From contig JAUQPB010000004.1 in the NCBI GenBank assembly GCA_030550585.1, positions 32,001 to 96,000 on the forward strand: DNA of 64,000 bases, read 5' to 3'. Below the pieces are notes generated by a model. The model had not been told where the DNA came from. It saw only the letters and a program-made list of their open reading frames with translations, and did not search any database. This DNA comes from Thermoproteota archaeon. GTDB lineage: Archaea > Thermoproteota > Thermoprotei_A > Sulfolobales > Ignisphaeraceae. This document shows, in pieces, positions 53,865 through 62,937 of this stretch. Both the position numbers and the translations under genes were made by a program. The first letter of the stretch is position 1. Every line of letters starts with the position of its first letter.

Positions 53865-54581
53865 TCAAGGAGCAGCAAACATTGTATATATCCCAATAGC
53901 TCCGATAGCCAAAACCACTAGAACCTCAGTGCGTCTAGGCCTATTGATTTTGACTCTGGGTATCTGTGGAAGGCCATACCAATAGACTGCTTGTGCAACA
54001 TCTCTTGAAAACAGTATGGAGTGTATTATCAGTGGTTTCAAAGCTTTGTATGCATATCTCTTACCGTATTTTAGAAGCGTGGCTGTATAGGCCTCTGAGT
54101 AGAGGTTTAGCACAGCGGGTATGAGGGTGAGCACAACAGTTGTTAGACTTGCTATCGATCCTAGACCAGCTTTGCTGAGAACCCATCTAAGCTCTCTTAG
54201 GCTAATCCACTGAAAACCTAGGGCGATAATGAGGAAGAGAGCTGTGATTTTTGCTGTTGAGAGTATCAGTGTTTTGGGGGATGGGGCTGCATACCCCATA
54301 GCCACTGAAAAAAGCATTGTTGCAAAACCTATTAAAACGAATATTAGCGGCAGTTTCAAGGCGTTTAAAACCCTCTTAAACCCGCCGACCCAAAACGTTA
54401 GTGCAAACAGCAATGCAATCGAATATACCGTGAATATTATGTTAGACTCTTTGAAGAGTGTTATAGATATTGTAACCTCTACTAGAAGCACAGCCAGCAA
54501 AAGCATTTTTGTGTACAGCGAGAAGCTTGCACCCCCTCTTCTCGATATAAACAAATTTGAGAAGTCTCTAACCAGACTCAT
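53865..54581 (-). CDS. ECF transporter transmembrane (T) component, divergent
   Basis: Multi-TM protein downstream of the ECF ATPase and S component. Confidence 0.65.
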   Translation of the reverse strand: MSLVRDFSNLFISRRGGASFSLYTKMLLLAVLLVEVTISITLFKESNIIFTVYSIALLFALTFWVGGFKRVLNALKLPLIFVLIGFATMLFSVAMGYAAPSPKTLILSTAKITALFLIIALGFQWISLRELRWVLSKAGLGSIASLTTVVLTLIPAVLNLYSEAYTATLLKYGKRYAYKALKPLIIHSILFSRDVAQAVYWYGLPQIPRVKINRPRRTEVLVVLAIGAIGIYTMFAAP

Positions 54582-54614
54582 CAACCATCCCCAACACATA
54601 TCTGCGCCTAGCAT

Positions 54615-56054
54615 CTACTCATATCCGTATATCCTCTTCGCCAAATCTACAAGGTTCTGTATACCGTTCTCGCTATAGCTAAACGGTTTCAGCACCCCAT
54701 CCTCGATCTTATATATCTTGCCACCTCTAATCAGAGGTATATAGTCTTTAGAGCTTAGTGTCACAATCTTTGCAGAGCTCTCCAGCTTCTGCAGAGCCTC
54801 TATAATCTGATGTGCCTCGAAATATGTAGAGCCTGTAAAGGGCTCGTCGAGTAGTATAACACCATTTTTCGAAGCTATATAGGCTAGAACTGTCGACAAC
54901 CTCGTTACCTGGCCCCACGACAAATTTAGTGGGGTTGCGCCAAGGTCTGCATAGCCAAAGCTCTTTACAATGTTAGTTCCATACTCGATGCAGTTGCCGC
55001 CAATCTTTTTGTGCCTACAGATAGAGTTGATCTCCTCTGCAATACTGTCCTCGGTGATGAATAGATGGGGTATCTGCGGGACGTACACAACATCAGCATA
55101 TCTTTTAACAACACCTTTTACAGGCTTTACAACCCCTGCCAATATTCTTAGAAGAGTTGATTTGCCAGATCCATTAGCGCCGTAAACAACTATGGTATCC
55201 CCTCTGCAAATCTCCATGCTGACCCCTCTCAAAACCCATTTCGAATCGTCATACCTGTGCCAAACATCTCTCAACTCCAAAACAACATCACATCTACTCG
55301 CTGGGCTACTGCCACCATATCTATACTCGCTATGTGTAGGCTGTGCTGATCCATCTGTATTCAAATCTCTGAAGAGTTCTTTGCCAAGCTTTTCCAGCGA
55401 GTCTCGCCGCATTATATAAATCTCGTCGGCTAGATCCAGCAGATGTTTGAATCTGTGCTCAAAGACTATAACCGTTTTTCCAGCGCTTCTAGCAGCTCTA
55501 ATGGTATTCAAAACAACTTCGGTTCCATCAACATCGTCAAGCCACATAAGAGGTTCGTCGAGTATCAAAACACTTGGATTTGTTATAAGGGCTTTTGCTA
55601 TAGACAACCTCTTTAGCTGTCCCCCCGAGAGGCTTGTTATTGGCCTCTCCAGAAGGTCTTTAACTCCAACTGCTTGTGCAACTCTATAAACATGCTCTAA
55701 CGCGCTTTCTCCATAGACCGTCTCCGCATAGCTGACCAGGTCGTCTATTGGTATGGGCTCTAAAAAATGTGTGTATGGGTCTTGGTTAACCATCTGGACA
55801 CAGCTTTGGATCTCCCTCAAACCCATCTCCTCTAATCTTTTTCCACACAGCCATATCTCCCCCTTGACCTCAGCACCAAAAATGCTTTGGGCCACACCTG
55901 TCAATGCTCTTGCAAAAGATGTTTTTCCACACCCACTCCTACCAATGATGAGCACAGTCTTTTCAGTATCTACAGAAAAGCTTATGTTTTTCAGAACCCA
56001 GTCCCCATCCCCATATCTAAGCCAAAGATTCTTGACATCCACTACCCTGTTCAT
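54615..56054 (-). CDS. ECF-type ABC ATPase with two nucleotide-binding domains
   Basis: GRSGCGKT / LSGGQ / LDEP and GANGSGKS / LSWGQ / LDEP. Confidence 0.9.
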   Translation of the reverse strand: MNRVVDVKNLWLRYGDGDWVLKNISFSVDTEKTVLIIGRSGCGKTSFARALTGVAQSIFGAEVKGEIWLCGKRLEEMGLREIQSCVQMVNQDPYTHFLEPIPIDDLVSYAETVYGESALEHVYRVAQAVGVKDLLERPITSLSGGQLKRLSIAKALITNPSVLILDEPLMWLDDVDGTEVVLNTIRAARSAGKTVIVFEHRFKHLLDLADEIYIMRRDSLEKLGKELFRDLNTDGSAQPTHSEYRYGGSSPASRCDVVLELRDVWHRYDDSKWVLRGVSMEICRGDTIVVYGANGSGKSTLLRILAGVVKPVKGVVKRYADVVYVPQIPHLFITEDSIAEEINSICRHKKIGGNCIEYGTNIVKSFGYADLGATPLNLSWGQVTRLSTVLAYIASKNGVILLDEPFTGSTYFEAHQIIEALQKLESSAKIVTLSSKDYIPLIRGGKIYKIEDGVLKPFSYSENGIQNLVDLAKRIYGYE

Positions 56055-56085
56055 CGATAGCCTCCTTCAATAATAAAACAGAGTA

Positions 56086-56697
56086 TTAGATAATTCGAAG
56101 CCTTTTAAGCGATGCCCATATGGAAACCGATAGCGGGGCTACATAGCAAACAACAATCGCGTTGAACAATGCAATAAATGGTAGATAGGCAACTGTGAAG
56201 CTATATCCAGCCTCCAGCGACTTTACCCACCCAGCCCACACAAGCCAGTATGGAGTCACCAAATAGTTTAGCAGAGACATTAGGCCGACTCTGCATATCA
56301 AAGCAGAGGCAAATGCTATAACAGATGATGTTTTAATGCCTGCACCCCTCCTAGAGAGTACATGCATTGTTGCTACAAGTGGCAGAGCAGTTGCAAGCTC
56401 TGCTACAATCTTCATTGTCGGCCCCACAACCTTTGTCGGATCAGATGTTAGCAACACGCTGCCGAGCCAGAAAATTGGTGCGGAAACCAATGTGTATCTC
56501 ATATCGATTAGCGCTATAATGGCTATTGGCACTCCAGCCAAATCAAATTTCAGAAACGGTGCTAGGGGAAATGGCCACTGGTATATGTGTAGCACTATTG
56601 CAAGAGCAGTCAAAACAAGTATCAAAACCAGCTCGACTATGTTGGTCACCGTTTTCATTACCTTAAAACTTGGGCTCGCCGTTGCGGAACTGCCCAT
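56086..56697 (-). CDS. ECF transporter substrate-specific (S) component
   Basis: PFPLAPFLKFD motif, LPFIALFNA and about 6 TM segments. Confidence 0.8.
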   Translation of the reverse strand: MGSSATASPSFKVMKTVTNIVELVLILVLTALAIVLHIYQWPFPLAPFLKFDLAGVPIAIIALIDMRYTLVSAPIFWLGSVLLTSDPTKVVGPTMKIVAELATALPLVATMHVLSRRGAGIKTSSVIAFASALICRVGLMSLLNYLVTPYWLVWAGWVKSLEAGYSFTVAYLPFIALFNAIVVCYVAPLSVSIWASLKRLRII

Positions 56698-56819
56698 GGT
56701 TTGCCCACCTAGCATGTGTGTATGGATCGGGCTGAACTGTTTTGCTATATAAGGTTGGCTCTCTAAGAGCTATCTAGTTAAAACTTTTTAAACTAATTTA
56801 AACACTGAAATGCTATTGG

Positions 56820-57854
56820 GTGTTGCTATTGAGGAAAATCTATAGGTTGCAGGGTATTGGAGGCTCTATATATGTTGCATTGCCTAAGGAGTGGCTCAGA
56901 AGATTCAACTTGGATAAGGGCTCTGCTGTCGAGGTCTCTCTGGAGTCTGATGGAAGTCTTAGGATAGCCCCTATTAGAGAAGGTGGTGAGGGGGCTGGCG
57001 AGGAGAAGAAGCATTTGAGTGAGATAGAGATTTTTGTTGAGAGGCCTGGCGATGTCTACACATCGCTTTTAACAGCATATCTAAGGGGTTTCGACATGAT
57101 AACACTTAGATTCTCTACAAGTGCTATTGAAAGAGAGGTTAAGAGTGTTATAGACTCTGCCAAGGATCTTCTCCTAGGCCTGGAGGCGGTGGAGATTGAG
57201 AGTAGCTACATAGTTTTGAGGGTTCTTGCATCAGAAGACATGGAGATGGACTCGATGGTCAGAAACATGCACAAAACAGTTAGGTCCATGTATCTAGACG
57301 CCCTAAACTCCCTCAAACAAAACGATGTTGAGCTGGCAAAAGCTGTTGTTCTGAGAGACAGGGATGTAAACAAACTCTACTTCTACCTAACAAGAACTAT
57401 AAGAAGAAAGATACAGACAGTCTCCCTAGACCCAAAAACACTTCTAAAGCTAGTCGATATGAGAATGCTCATAAAATTCATAGAGGAGATAGGAGACGAA
57501 GCCAAAAACGCTGCCTCTGCATTGATAGAAGCCTTCTCAAAAAATCTCAAAATAGATGAAAACTACGCCACCCAAATAGAAGACGCCGTCAACAGAGTAG
57601 ACGAGATCTACAAAAACGTCGTTATGAAAGCACATGAAAAATCCATCGAAATATCAGAGCTAAGACAACACATGAAAACATGCTTGAATGTTAGAGACTC
57701 TATGAGGAGCTTGAGAATAAAGCTGGCTGAAGAGGGAAGAGACTACTACTGGTTCCTAGAGTTCATAAAATCATTTGAAAGCATAGCTATGAGCGTCTAC
57801 GACATTCTAAGCCTAATGCCATTCGAAATAATATCCACAATGATCTACGAATAG
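56820..57854 (+). CDS. AbrB-PhoU phosphate uptake regulator family protein
   Basis: N-terminal AbrB-like GGSIYVALPKEW and PhoU-like RDRDVNKLY / EEIGD. Confidence 0.9.
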   Translation: MLLLRKIYRLQGIGGSIYVALPKEWLRRFNLDKGSAVEVSLESDGSLRIAPIREGGEGAGEEKKHLSEIEIFVERPGDVYTSLLTAYLRGFDMITLRFSTSAIEREVKSVIDSAKDLLLGLEAVEIESSYIVLRVLASEDMEMDSMVRNMHKTVRSMYLDALNSLKQNDVELAKAVVLRDRDVNKLYFYLTRTIRRKIQTVSLDPKTLLKLVDMRMLIKFIEEIGDEAKNAASALIEAFSKNLKIDENYATQIEDAVNRVDEIYKNVVMKAHEKSIEISELRQHMKTCLNVRDSMRSLRIKLAEEGRDYYWFLEFIKSFESIAMSVYDILSLMPFEIISTMIYE

Positions 57855-57901
57855 AGCTTCGCTCTATGCTATTAAAAAGTAAAAAAGTGTTTTAGTGTAT
57901 G

Positions 57902-58885
57902 CTAATGCCTCAACAGCTCTCTTATCAGTTTTTGGGCTTCTATTGGGTTGTTGGAGTCTATGACTTTTCTTATTCTCTCCCATCCGATGCTCTCTAGAGC
58001 TCTGTATATGGCTCTTACGTTCTCTATGCTTTGTCTGACCATCTCGGCTGCGTCTAGGTATCTTGGGAATAGGTCTAGGCCGAACCAGCCGCTGTAGTTT
58101 GTTTCTTTTAGCCAGTATAGGAGCTCTGCAAACTCTAGTAGGTGGACGCTTGCTGGGAATAGGTCTAGGTCTACCTCTGTGAATATGTCGTTTAGGTGTA
58201 GGTGGTACAATGCGTTGTATCTGGATATGAGGACTATTGCCTCTGGCACATACTCTTTAGCTAGTTTTGCATGGGCAAACTCTACGTTTATACCAACATT
58301 CTTTATGCCCTGCATCCTAAGCTCTAGTATTGTTGTCAGGGCTCTTGCTGCTGAGCCGTGTAGGAGGTAGCTCGATGGATCCTCTATCTTGTACTCCAAC
58401 GCAACCTTTATCTCTGGCCCATACTCAGCTACCTCCTTGATCGAGGATACGTAGTTGTTCCAGAGCTTCCTATAGTCTGTTGTGAATGGAAAGTCAAACC
58501 CCTCTCTACCAGGCCATATAATCAGTATCTCTGCCCCCAACTCCCTAGCTATATCAATTGCCTTCTTACATCTCTCAACAGCTCTTCTCCTAGTGCTCTC
58601 ATCAAGTGCAGCTAGTGCCCCCCTAGCCCACTGAGCCTCTTGAGAAAGCACAGGGGCTATAGCCACAGCCCTTAGATTAGCACTTGAAAGAGCATCCCTA
58701 ACCTGCTTAACATTCTCCTCATTAACCTCTGTCGGATAGTGGAATTCTAGGCCCTGAAGACCCTCTATACTGCCAGCCACTCTAACCAGCTCAACAATTG
58801 GTTTAGCAGACTTATACCCAGTTGGTGCAAACCTTTCTATACCAGCACCGAAAACCCATATACCAGTTGAAAACCTTATCTCCAT
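57902..58885 (-). CDS. Xylose isomerase-like sugar isomerase
   Basis: EFHYP, WPGREG, EYKIEDP, NVEFAH, HLHLND and LDLFP motifs. Confidence 0.85.
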   Translation of the reverse strand: MEIRFSTGIWVFGAGIERFAPTGYKSAKPIVELVRVAGSIEGLQGLEFHYPTEVNEENVKQVRDALSSANLRAVAIAPVLSQEAQWARGALAALDESTRRRAVERCKKAIDIARELGAEILIIWPGREGFDFPFTTDYRKLWNNYVSSIKEVAEYGPEIKVALEYKIEDPSSYLLHGSAARALTTILELRMQGIKNVGINVEFAHAKLAKEYVPEAIVLISRYNALYHLHLNDIFTEVDLDLFPASVHLLEFAELLYWLKETNYSGWFGLDLFPRYLDAAEMVRQSIENVRAIYRALESIGWERIRKVIDSNNPIEAQKLIRELLRH

Positions 58886-59076
58886 TTCCTGTTCACCACA
58901 ATCTAATAAACGGGTAAGAAAACATTAAAAAGTTTACTGCTTTGACCCCAGCCATAACTAAACTATCTAACCCCTTTTGAACAGCCCTAGCCACATCCCT
59001 TTTAACCAGTTTTTCATATGTTAAAAACCTATAGCGGCTCCATATAAAGATTGGTGTAGTTAGTGAAGGTGATGCC

Positions 59077-59475
59077 ATGTACCAAGACATTGATTTTTCA
59101 TCGATTCCCATAGGCATTAAATGTGTAGAAAGCTATAGGGTTGGGGATGGAGATATAGCAAAACATGTAGGCTCATTGTCAACACCATCAATGATACTGT
59201 TTATGGAGATGACTGCAATGCGTTGTGTTGAAAAATATCTTCCACTTGGCTATACAACCGTTGGCTACTCAGTTAATGTGAGACATGTTAGCCCTGCTCC
59301 ACCTGGGGCAACGGTTTGGGTTGAGGCAGTGCTTATCTCTAGAGACAATAGAAAACTTGTTTTTAGTGTTAAGGCATTCGTGGGGGAGAGGCTTATTGGC
59401 GAGGGTCTTCACGAGCGGTATATCGTATCTGTTGAGAGGTTCTTAGACAAGATAAGGAGATCCTTATCTAGCTGA
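59077..59475 (+). CDS. Hot-dog thioesterase (fluoroacetyl-CoA thioesterase FlK-like)
   Basis: STPSMILFME, TTVG..VNVRH and IGEGLHER motifs. Confidence 0.9.
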   Translation: MYQDIDFSSIPIGIKCVESYRVGDGDIAKHVGSLSTPSMILFMEMTAMRCVEKYLPLGYTTVGYSVNVRHVSPAPPGATVWVEAVLISRDNRKLVFSVKAFVGERLIGEGLHERYIVSVERFLDKIRRSLSS

Positions 59476-59546
59476 ATTTTCTTTACATACAAAAATGGTG
59501 TATTACCTTGGATAGCAAAGCCAAATGGCTGGTGCCAGGTTTGTGA

Positions 59547-60404
59547 TTGTGGGGAGGAGAGTTGATTGTTGTCAATAGTAGAAGAGTTAATGATTTAGCC
59601 GATATGGTTAGGGCTATTGGCCATAAGAGGATAGAGTTTTTCGAGGATATAGACCCCCAGTTTACAGCTATAAAGGATTTGGCAAACGTGTGCGGCTCTA
59701 CAAGCTATCTACTAACTATCCTCAATGCAGCTATAAGCTATAGGCTTTCTCAGCCAGGTGAAGTCTACTGGAGCCTTTTCTCAGAGTATGCGAGAAGCAG
59801 ATGCATATCTGTTTATGGGTTGAGACAGATTGGTGAGCTGGTCAAAGAGTTTGCATATATGTACAACAGGGTTGCGCTTGACCAAAAGCTTAGAAGACTT
59901 GAGAAAATGATTCGCTGCAGAAACCTCGAAGGAATTGCTGCAACAGTGGATCTAGAGGCTTTGAGAAGAGAAATTGCTTTGTGTCTAAACGTAGATTTAG
60001 ATTCGAAGACAGTTATATTCTCAGTGAAAATGGCTTACTATGTGCATAGAGCACTAGGCAAAAAGCTGGTTATACCAATGACTATTCCGATACCTGTAGA
60101 CATAAGAGTTGCTACAATAACTTATCTCTCGGGTGCGGTGGATATAGTTGGCGAGGTCATTAGCAATAAATACTCTTTGCTTAGATATAGCAAAACAATT
60201 AGAGGCATCTGGAGTGATATAGGAAGAAAATCGTTGGTGCCGCCTCTGAACCTAGATGCGCTCATATGGTACTTCGGGAAATACTCCAATGCTAAAAGCA
60301 TTGACCAGGTATATCTCTATGTATACAAAGAGCTCTACCCAATCCTTAAACAAGATGAGATAAGCCTGATAGTGAGAAATCTATTCTACAGATTAGCCAC
60401 ATGA
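59547..60404 (+). CDS. Archaeal 8-oxoguanine N-glycosylase/DNA lyase (AGOG)
   Basis: DPQF, NAAISYRL..PGE.YW, KTVIFSVKM, IPVDIRV and PPLNLDALIW motifs; start uncertain. Confidence 0.88.
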   Translation: MWGGELIVVNSRRVNDLADMVRAIGHKRIEFFEDIDPQFTAIKDLANVCGSTSYLLTILNAAISYRLSQPGEVYWSLFSEYARSRCISVYGLRQIGELVKEFAYMYNRVALDQKLRRLEKMIRCRNLEGIAATVDLEALRREIALCLNVDLDSKTVIFSVKMAYYVHRALGKKLVIPMTIPIPVDIRVATITYLSGAVDIVGEVISNKYSLLRYSKTIRGIWSDIGRKSLVPPLNLDALIWYFGKYSNAKSIDQVYLYVYKELYPILKQDEISLIVRNLFYRLAT

Positions 60405-60486
60405 AGTCTTTGGACAGCACTATTTCGAAGGAATTGTCTAAGTCGCATACAAAACGAGACAAAATAATGTTTATTAGTTCTGATAG

Positions 60487-60520
60487 CTACAGAGGTGTGT
60501 AGTAACTACAGAGGTGTGTA
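60487..60520 (+). repeat. 15-bp direct repeat CTACAGAGGTGTGTA x2 with a 4-bp spacer
   Basis: Copies at 60487-60501 and 60506-60520; each contains the GAGGTG RBS. Confidence 0.9.
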
Positions 60521-60523
60521 TCC

Positions 60524-61615
60524 ATACCCTTTTTCGACAGACCTATTGAAAAACCTGAAGAGTTATTCGATAGAGAGAAAGAGCTTGAACATCTGAGAAA
60601 GGCTGTGGCCTCCCACGCCATAACAGTTGTTGTTGGTGTTAGAAGAGTTGGGAAAACATCGCTTGTCAAAGCCTCTACCCATGATTTGCCAAGGATATAT
60701 CTGGATGTTAGGAAGTTTGAGGAGTCTCGGTATATAACATATGGAATGTTTTTAGAGGAGCTTAGAAAAGCTTTGAACGTTTTTGCTTCAATGGATAGAA
60801 AGATTGTTGAGCATCTCAAAGCTGTCAAGGGCTTGAAGATACTTGGGGTCGAAGTCGAGTTTTCTTTGGATAGATCGAGACCTCTTCTAACATCTATTCT
60901 AGAGTCTCTTGATAGGTGGGCTGGGGACAGGGGAGAGAAACTCGTTATTGTTATTGATGAAGCACAAGAGCTTATCAGGATGAGGGGATATAGTATATTG
61001 CCAGCCATAGCATATGCCTACGACAATCTCAGAAACATATCATTCATCTTTGCAGGATCCAAAATTGGTTTGCTATACAGGTTTCTCCGAGTAGAAGACC
61101 CTTCATCCCCTCTGTATGGAAGATATATGGAGAGGGTAGAGCTTAAGCCACTCGATAAAGAAAAGTCTATGGAGTTTCTCCGAAAGGGCTTTGAGGAGCA
61201 TGGCATAAGAGTTGAAGAGACTTTTATAGAAGAAGCTGTTGAGAAACTCGATGGGGTTATAGGATGGCTCTCCTACCTAGGGCTAAAAGTTGTTAGCAGA
61301 GGTGTGAGCAGAACAATCATAGACGATGTTGTTGAAGAAGCATCGAAAATCGTTGCCAACGAGTTCTGCAAATTTGTTGATGCCATGGGTAGCAAGCGCT
61401 ATGTAGAGATAATTAGGGCTATAAACAGAGAGGGGGCTACATGGTCAGAGATAAGAAGATATCTAGAGATAAGGCTTGGCACAAAGATCTACGACTCTGA
61501 GCTAGCAAGACTACTCAGAAACCTCATCGACAATGGCTTCATAGAGAAGAGAGATGATTTATACATAATACCAGATCCAATACTGAGGCAAGCCTCTAGA
61601 AACATACTGTGCTAG
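60524..61615 (+). CDS. Archaeal AAA ATPase (ATPase_2 family) with C-terminal wHTH; probable ATA start
   Basis: Upstream in-frame LFDREKEL motif, Walker A GVRRVGKTS, Walker B IDEAQ, SPLYGR. Confidence 0.9.
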   Translation: MPFFDRPIEKPEELFDREKELEHLRKAVASHAITVVVGVRRVGKTSLVKASTHDLPRIYLDVRKFEESRYITYGMFLEELRKALNVFASMDRKIVEHLKAVKGLKILGVEVEFSLDRSRPLLTSILESLDRWAGDRGEKLVIVIDEAQELIRMRGYSILPAIAYAYDNLRNISFIFAGSKIGLLYRFLRVEDPSSPLYGRYMERVELKPLDKEKSMEFLRKGFEEHGIRVEETFIEEAVEKLDGVIGWLSYLGLKVVSRGVSRTIIDDVVEEASKIVANEFCKFVDAMGSKRYVEIIRAINREGATWSEIRRYLEIRLGTKIYDSELARLLRNLIDNGFIEKRDDLYIIPDPILRQASRNILC

Positions 61616-61691
61616 TATAGATAGGGGGGTCCTAGGCTATGCCAATATTTGACATTACTTTATATACTGTTTTTGCGCAGAAAAATCTTGG

Positions 61692-62603
61692 TTGTGCTGT
61701 GTGGTGAGAAGATACAAACTGTTTAGAGATCCTCTACTGCTTATAGCACTAGCCTTGATGGTTGCCTCCCTAGCTTATATTGTCTACAGCTTTCTTCCTC
61801 ATGTATCTAGCACGAACCCCTCTAACATACTAGAGGAGTATGTGAAAGCAATTCAAAGCCTTAACAAATCTTCTACTGCTCTTGAAAAAAGAGTTGCAGG
61901 TTTCTACACGGTTGCGCCAAACATTAGTGATGTGGCTATTGCTAGGGATAGGATTAGAGGCTATCTTCGCAATTTGTCTATGATGTATGGCTTCAACAAC
62001 AGTAACTTTCTTGTTAACACCGCTAAGAACTATCTCTATATAGCTGAGGCAGCCACAAACACAACCAAAGGCTATCTATATATTAACAACTCTATTGATA
62101 TCCTCAGAGAGTCTCTAGAGCTTTTGTCTATTTGCAGAGTTAGAGATGCTCTAACTAGATATAATCGCATCGAAGATTATGTTCTAAGCTCTCTTAGTAG
62201 CATTGCAAAGGCTGTCTCCATGCTCAATAAGGTTAATAAGAGCTGTGTTGCTGAAAACCATGTTCCAGTAATCGAGGCATCTCTAGAGAGATTAGAGAAG
62301 GTGTATACATCTATTAAAAGCGCTGACGATCTCATGAGAATAGCAAAGAGATATGAGGACTATATAGAGGCTTTGTGCAGCAACCAAACAATCAATGATG
62401 CCGCAGCTTTGAATAGCATTCAAAACGAATTAAACCAGATAACGGTTTCTGGGCCACTATCACCAGAGGTGTCAAATGCCCAGAACACCCTTATAGCTCT
62501 CATCCAATCCTATCTATATGGCCAGTCAATGAATCAGCAAAACCAGTCGGGCAATTATGTTGGTGGCGGAGCTGGATATGTACCGCCAGAGTCAAGCGAC
62601 TAG
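61692..62603 (+). CDS. Membrane-anchored helical hypothetical protein
   Basis: N-terminal TM and helical body; overlaps the following VWA gene. Confidence 0.75.
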   Translation: MCCVVRRYKLFRDPLLLIALALMVASLAYIVYSFLPHVSSTNPSNILEEYVKAIQSLNKSSTALEKRVAGFYTVAPNISDVAIARDRIRGYLRNLSMMYGFNNSNFLVNTAKNYLYIAEAATNTTKGYLYINNSIDILRESLELLSICRVRDALTRYNRIEDYVLSSLSSIAKAVSMLNKVNKSCVAENHVPVIEASLERLEKVYTSIKSADDLMRIAKRYEDYIEALCSNQTINDAAALNSIQNELNQITVSGPLSPEVSNAQNTLIALIQSYLYGQSMNQQNQSGNYVGGGAGYVPPESSD

Positions 62604-62937
62604 CATAGGGTTTGACAATCCTTACATGCTTCTATTTGCCCCAATCTCGATAGCGATTCTATTTCTGTTGTATATGAGGAGTAGGAAGAGGGTATATGAG
62701 CTCTCCGCAAAACTCGGCAAAGCAGGCGATGCAAGAGTGGCTAAGCTAGTGGCTATAGCGAAATTTGCTGTGCCCATACTACTATCCTTGGCGGCTGCAC
62801 AGCCATACACTGTAACTGTTAGCCACATGGCTATAACCATGGATAATGTCCTCGATGTTAATACAGCCAACATAAGAATTATTGTGATGCTCGACACCTC
62901 TAAGAGTATGGGCTACGGCGATGTGCCTCCATCTAGA
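62578..62937 (+). pseudogene. BatA/VWA-domain protein, truncated right after the MIDAS motif
   Basis: FDNPYMLL (BatA-like), two TM segments and LDTSKSM...DVPPSR, then unrelated sequence and a stop at 62970. Confidence 0.75.
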
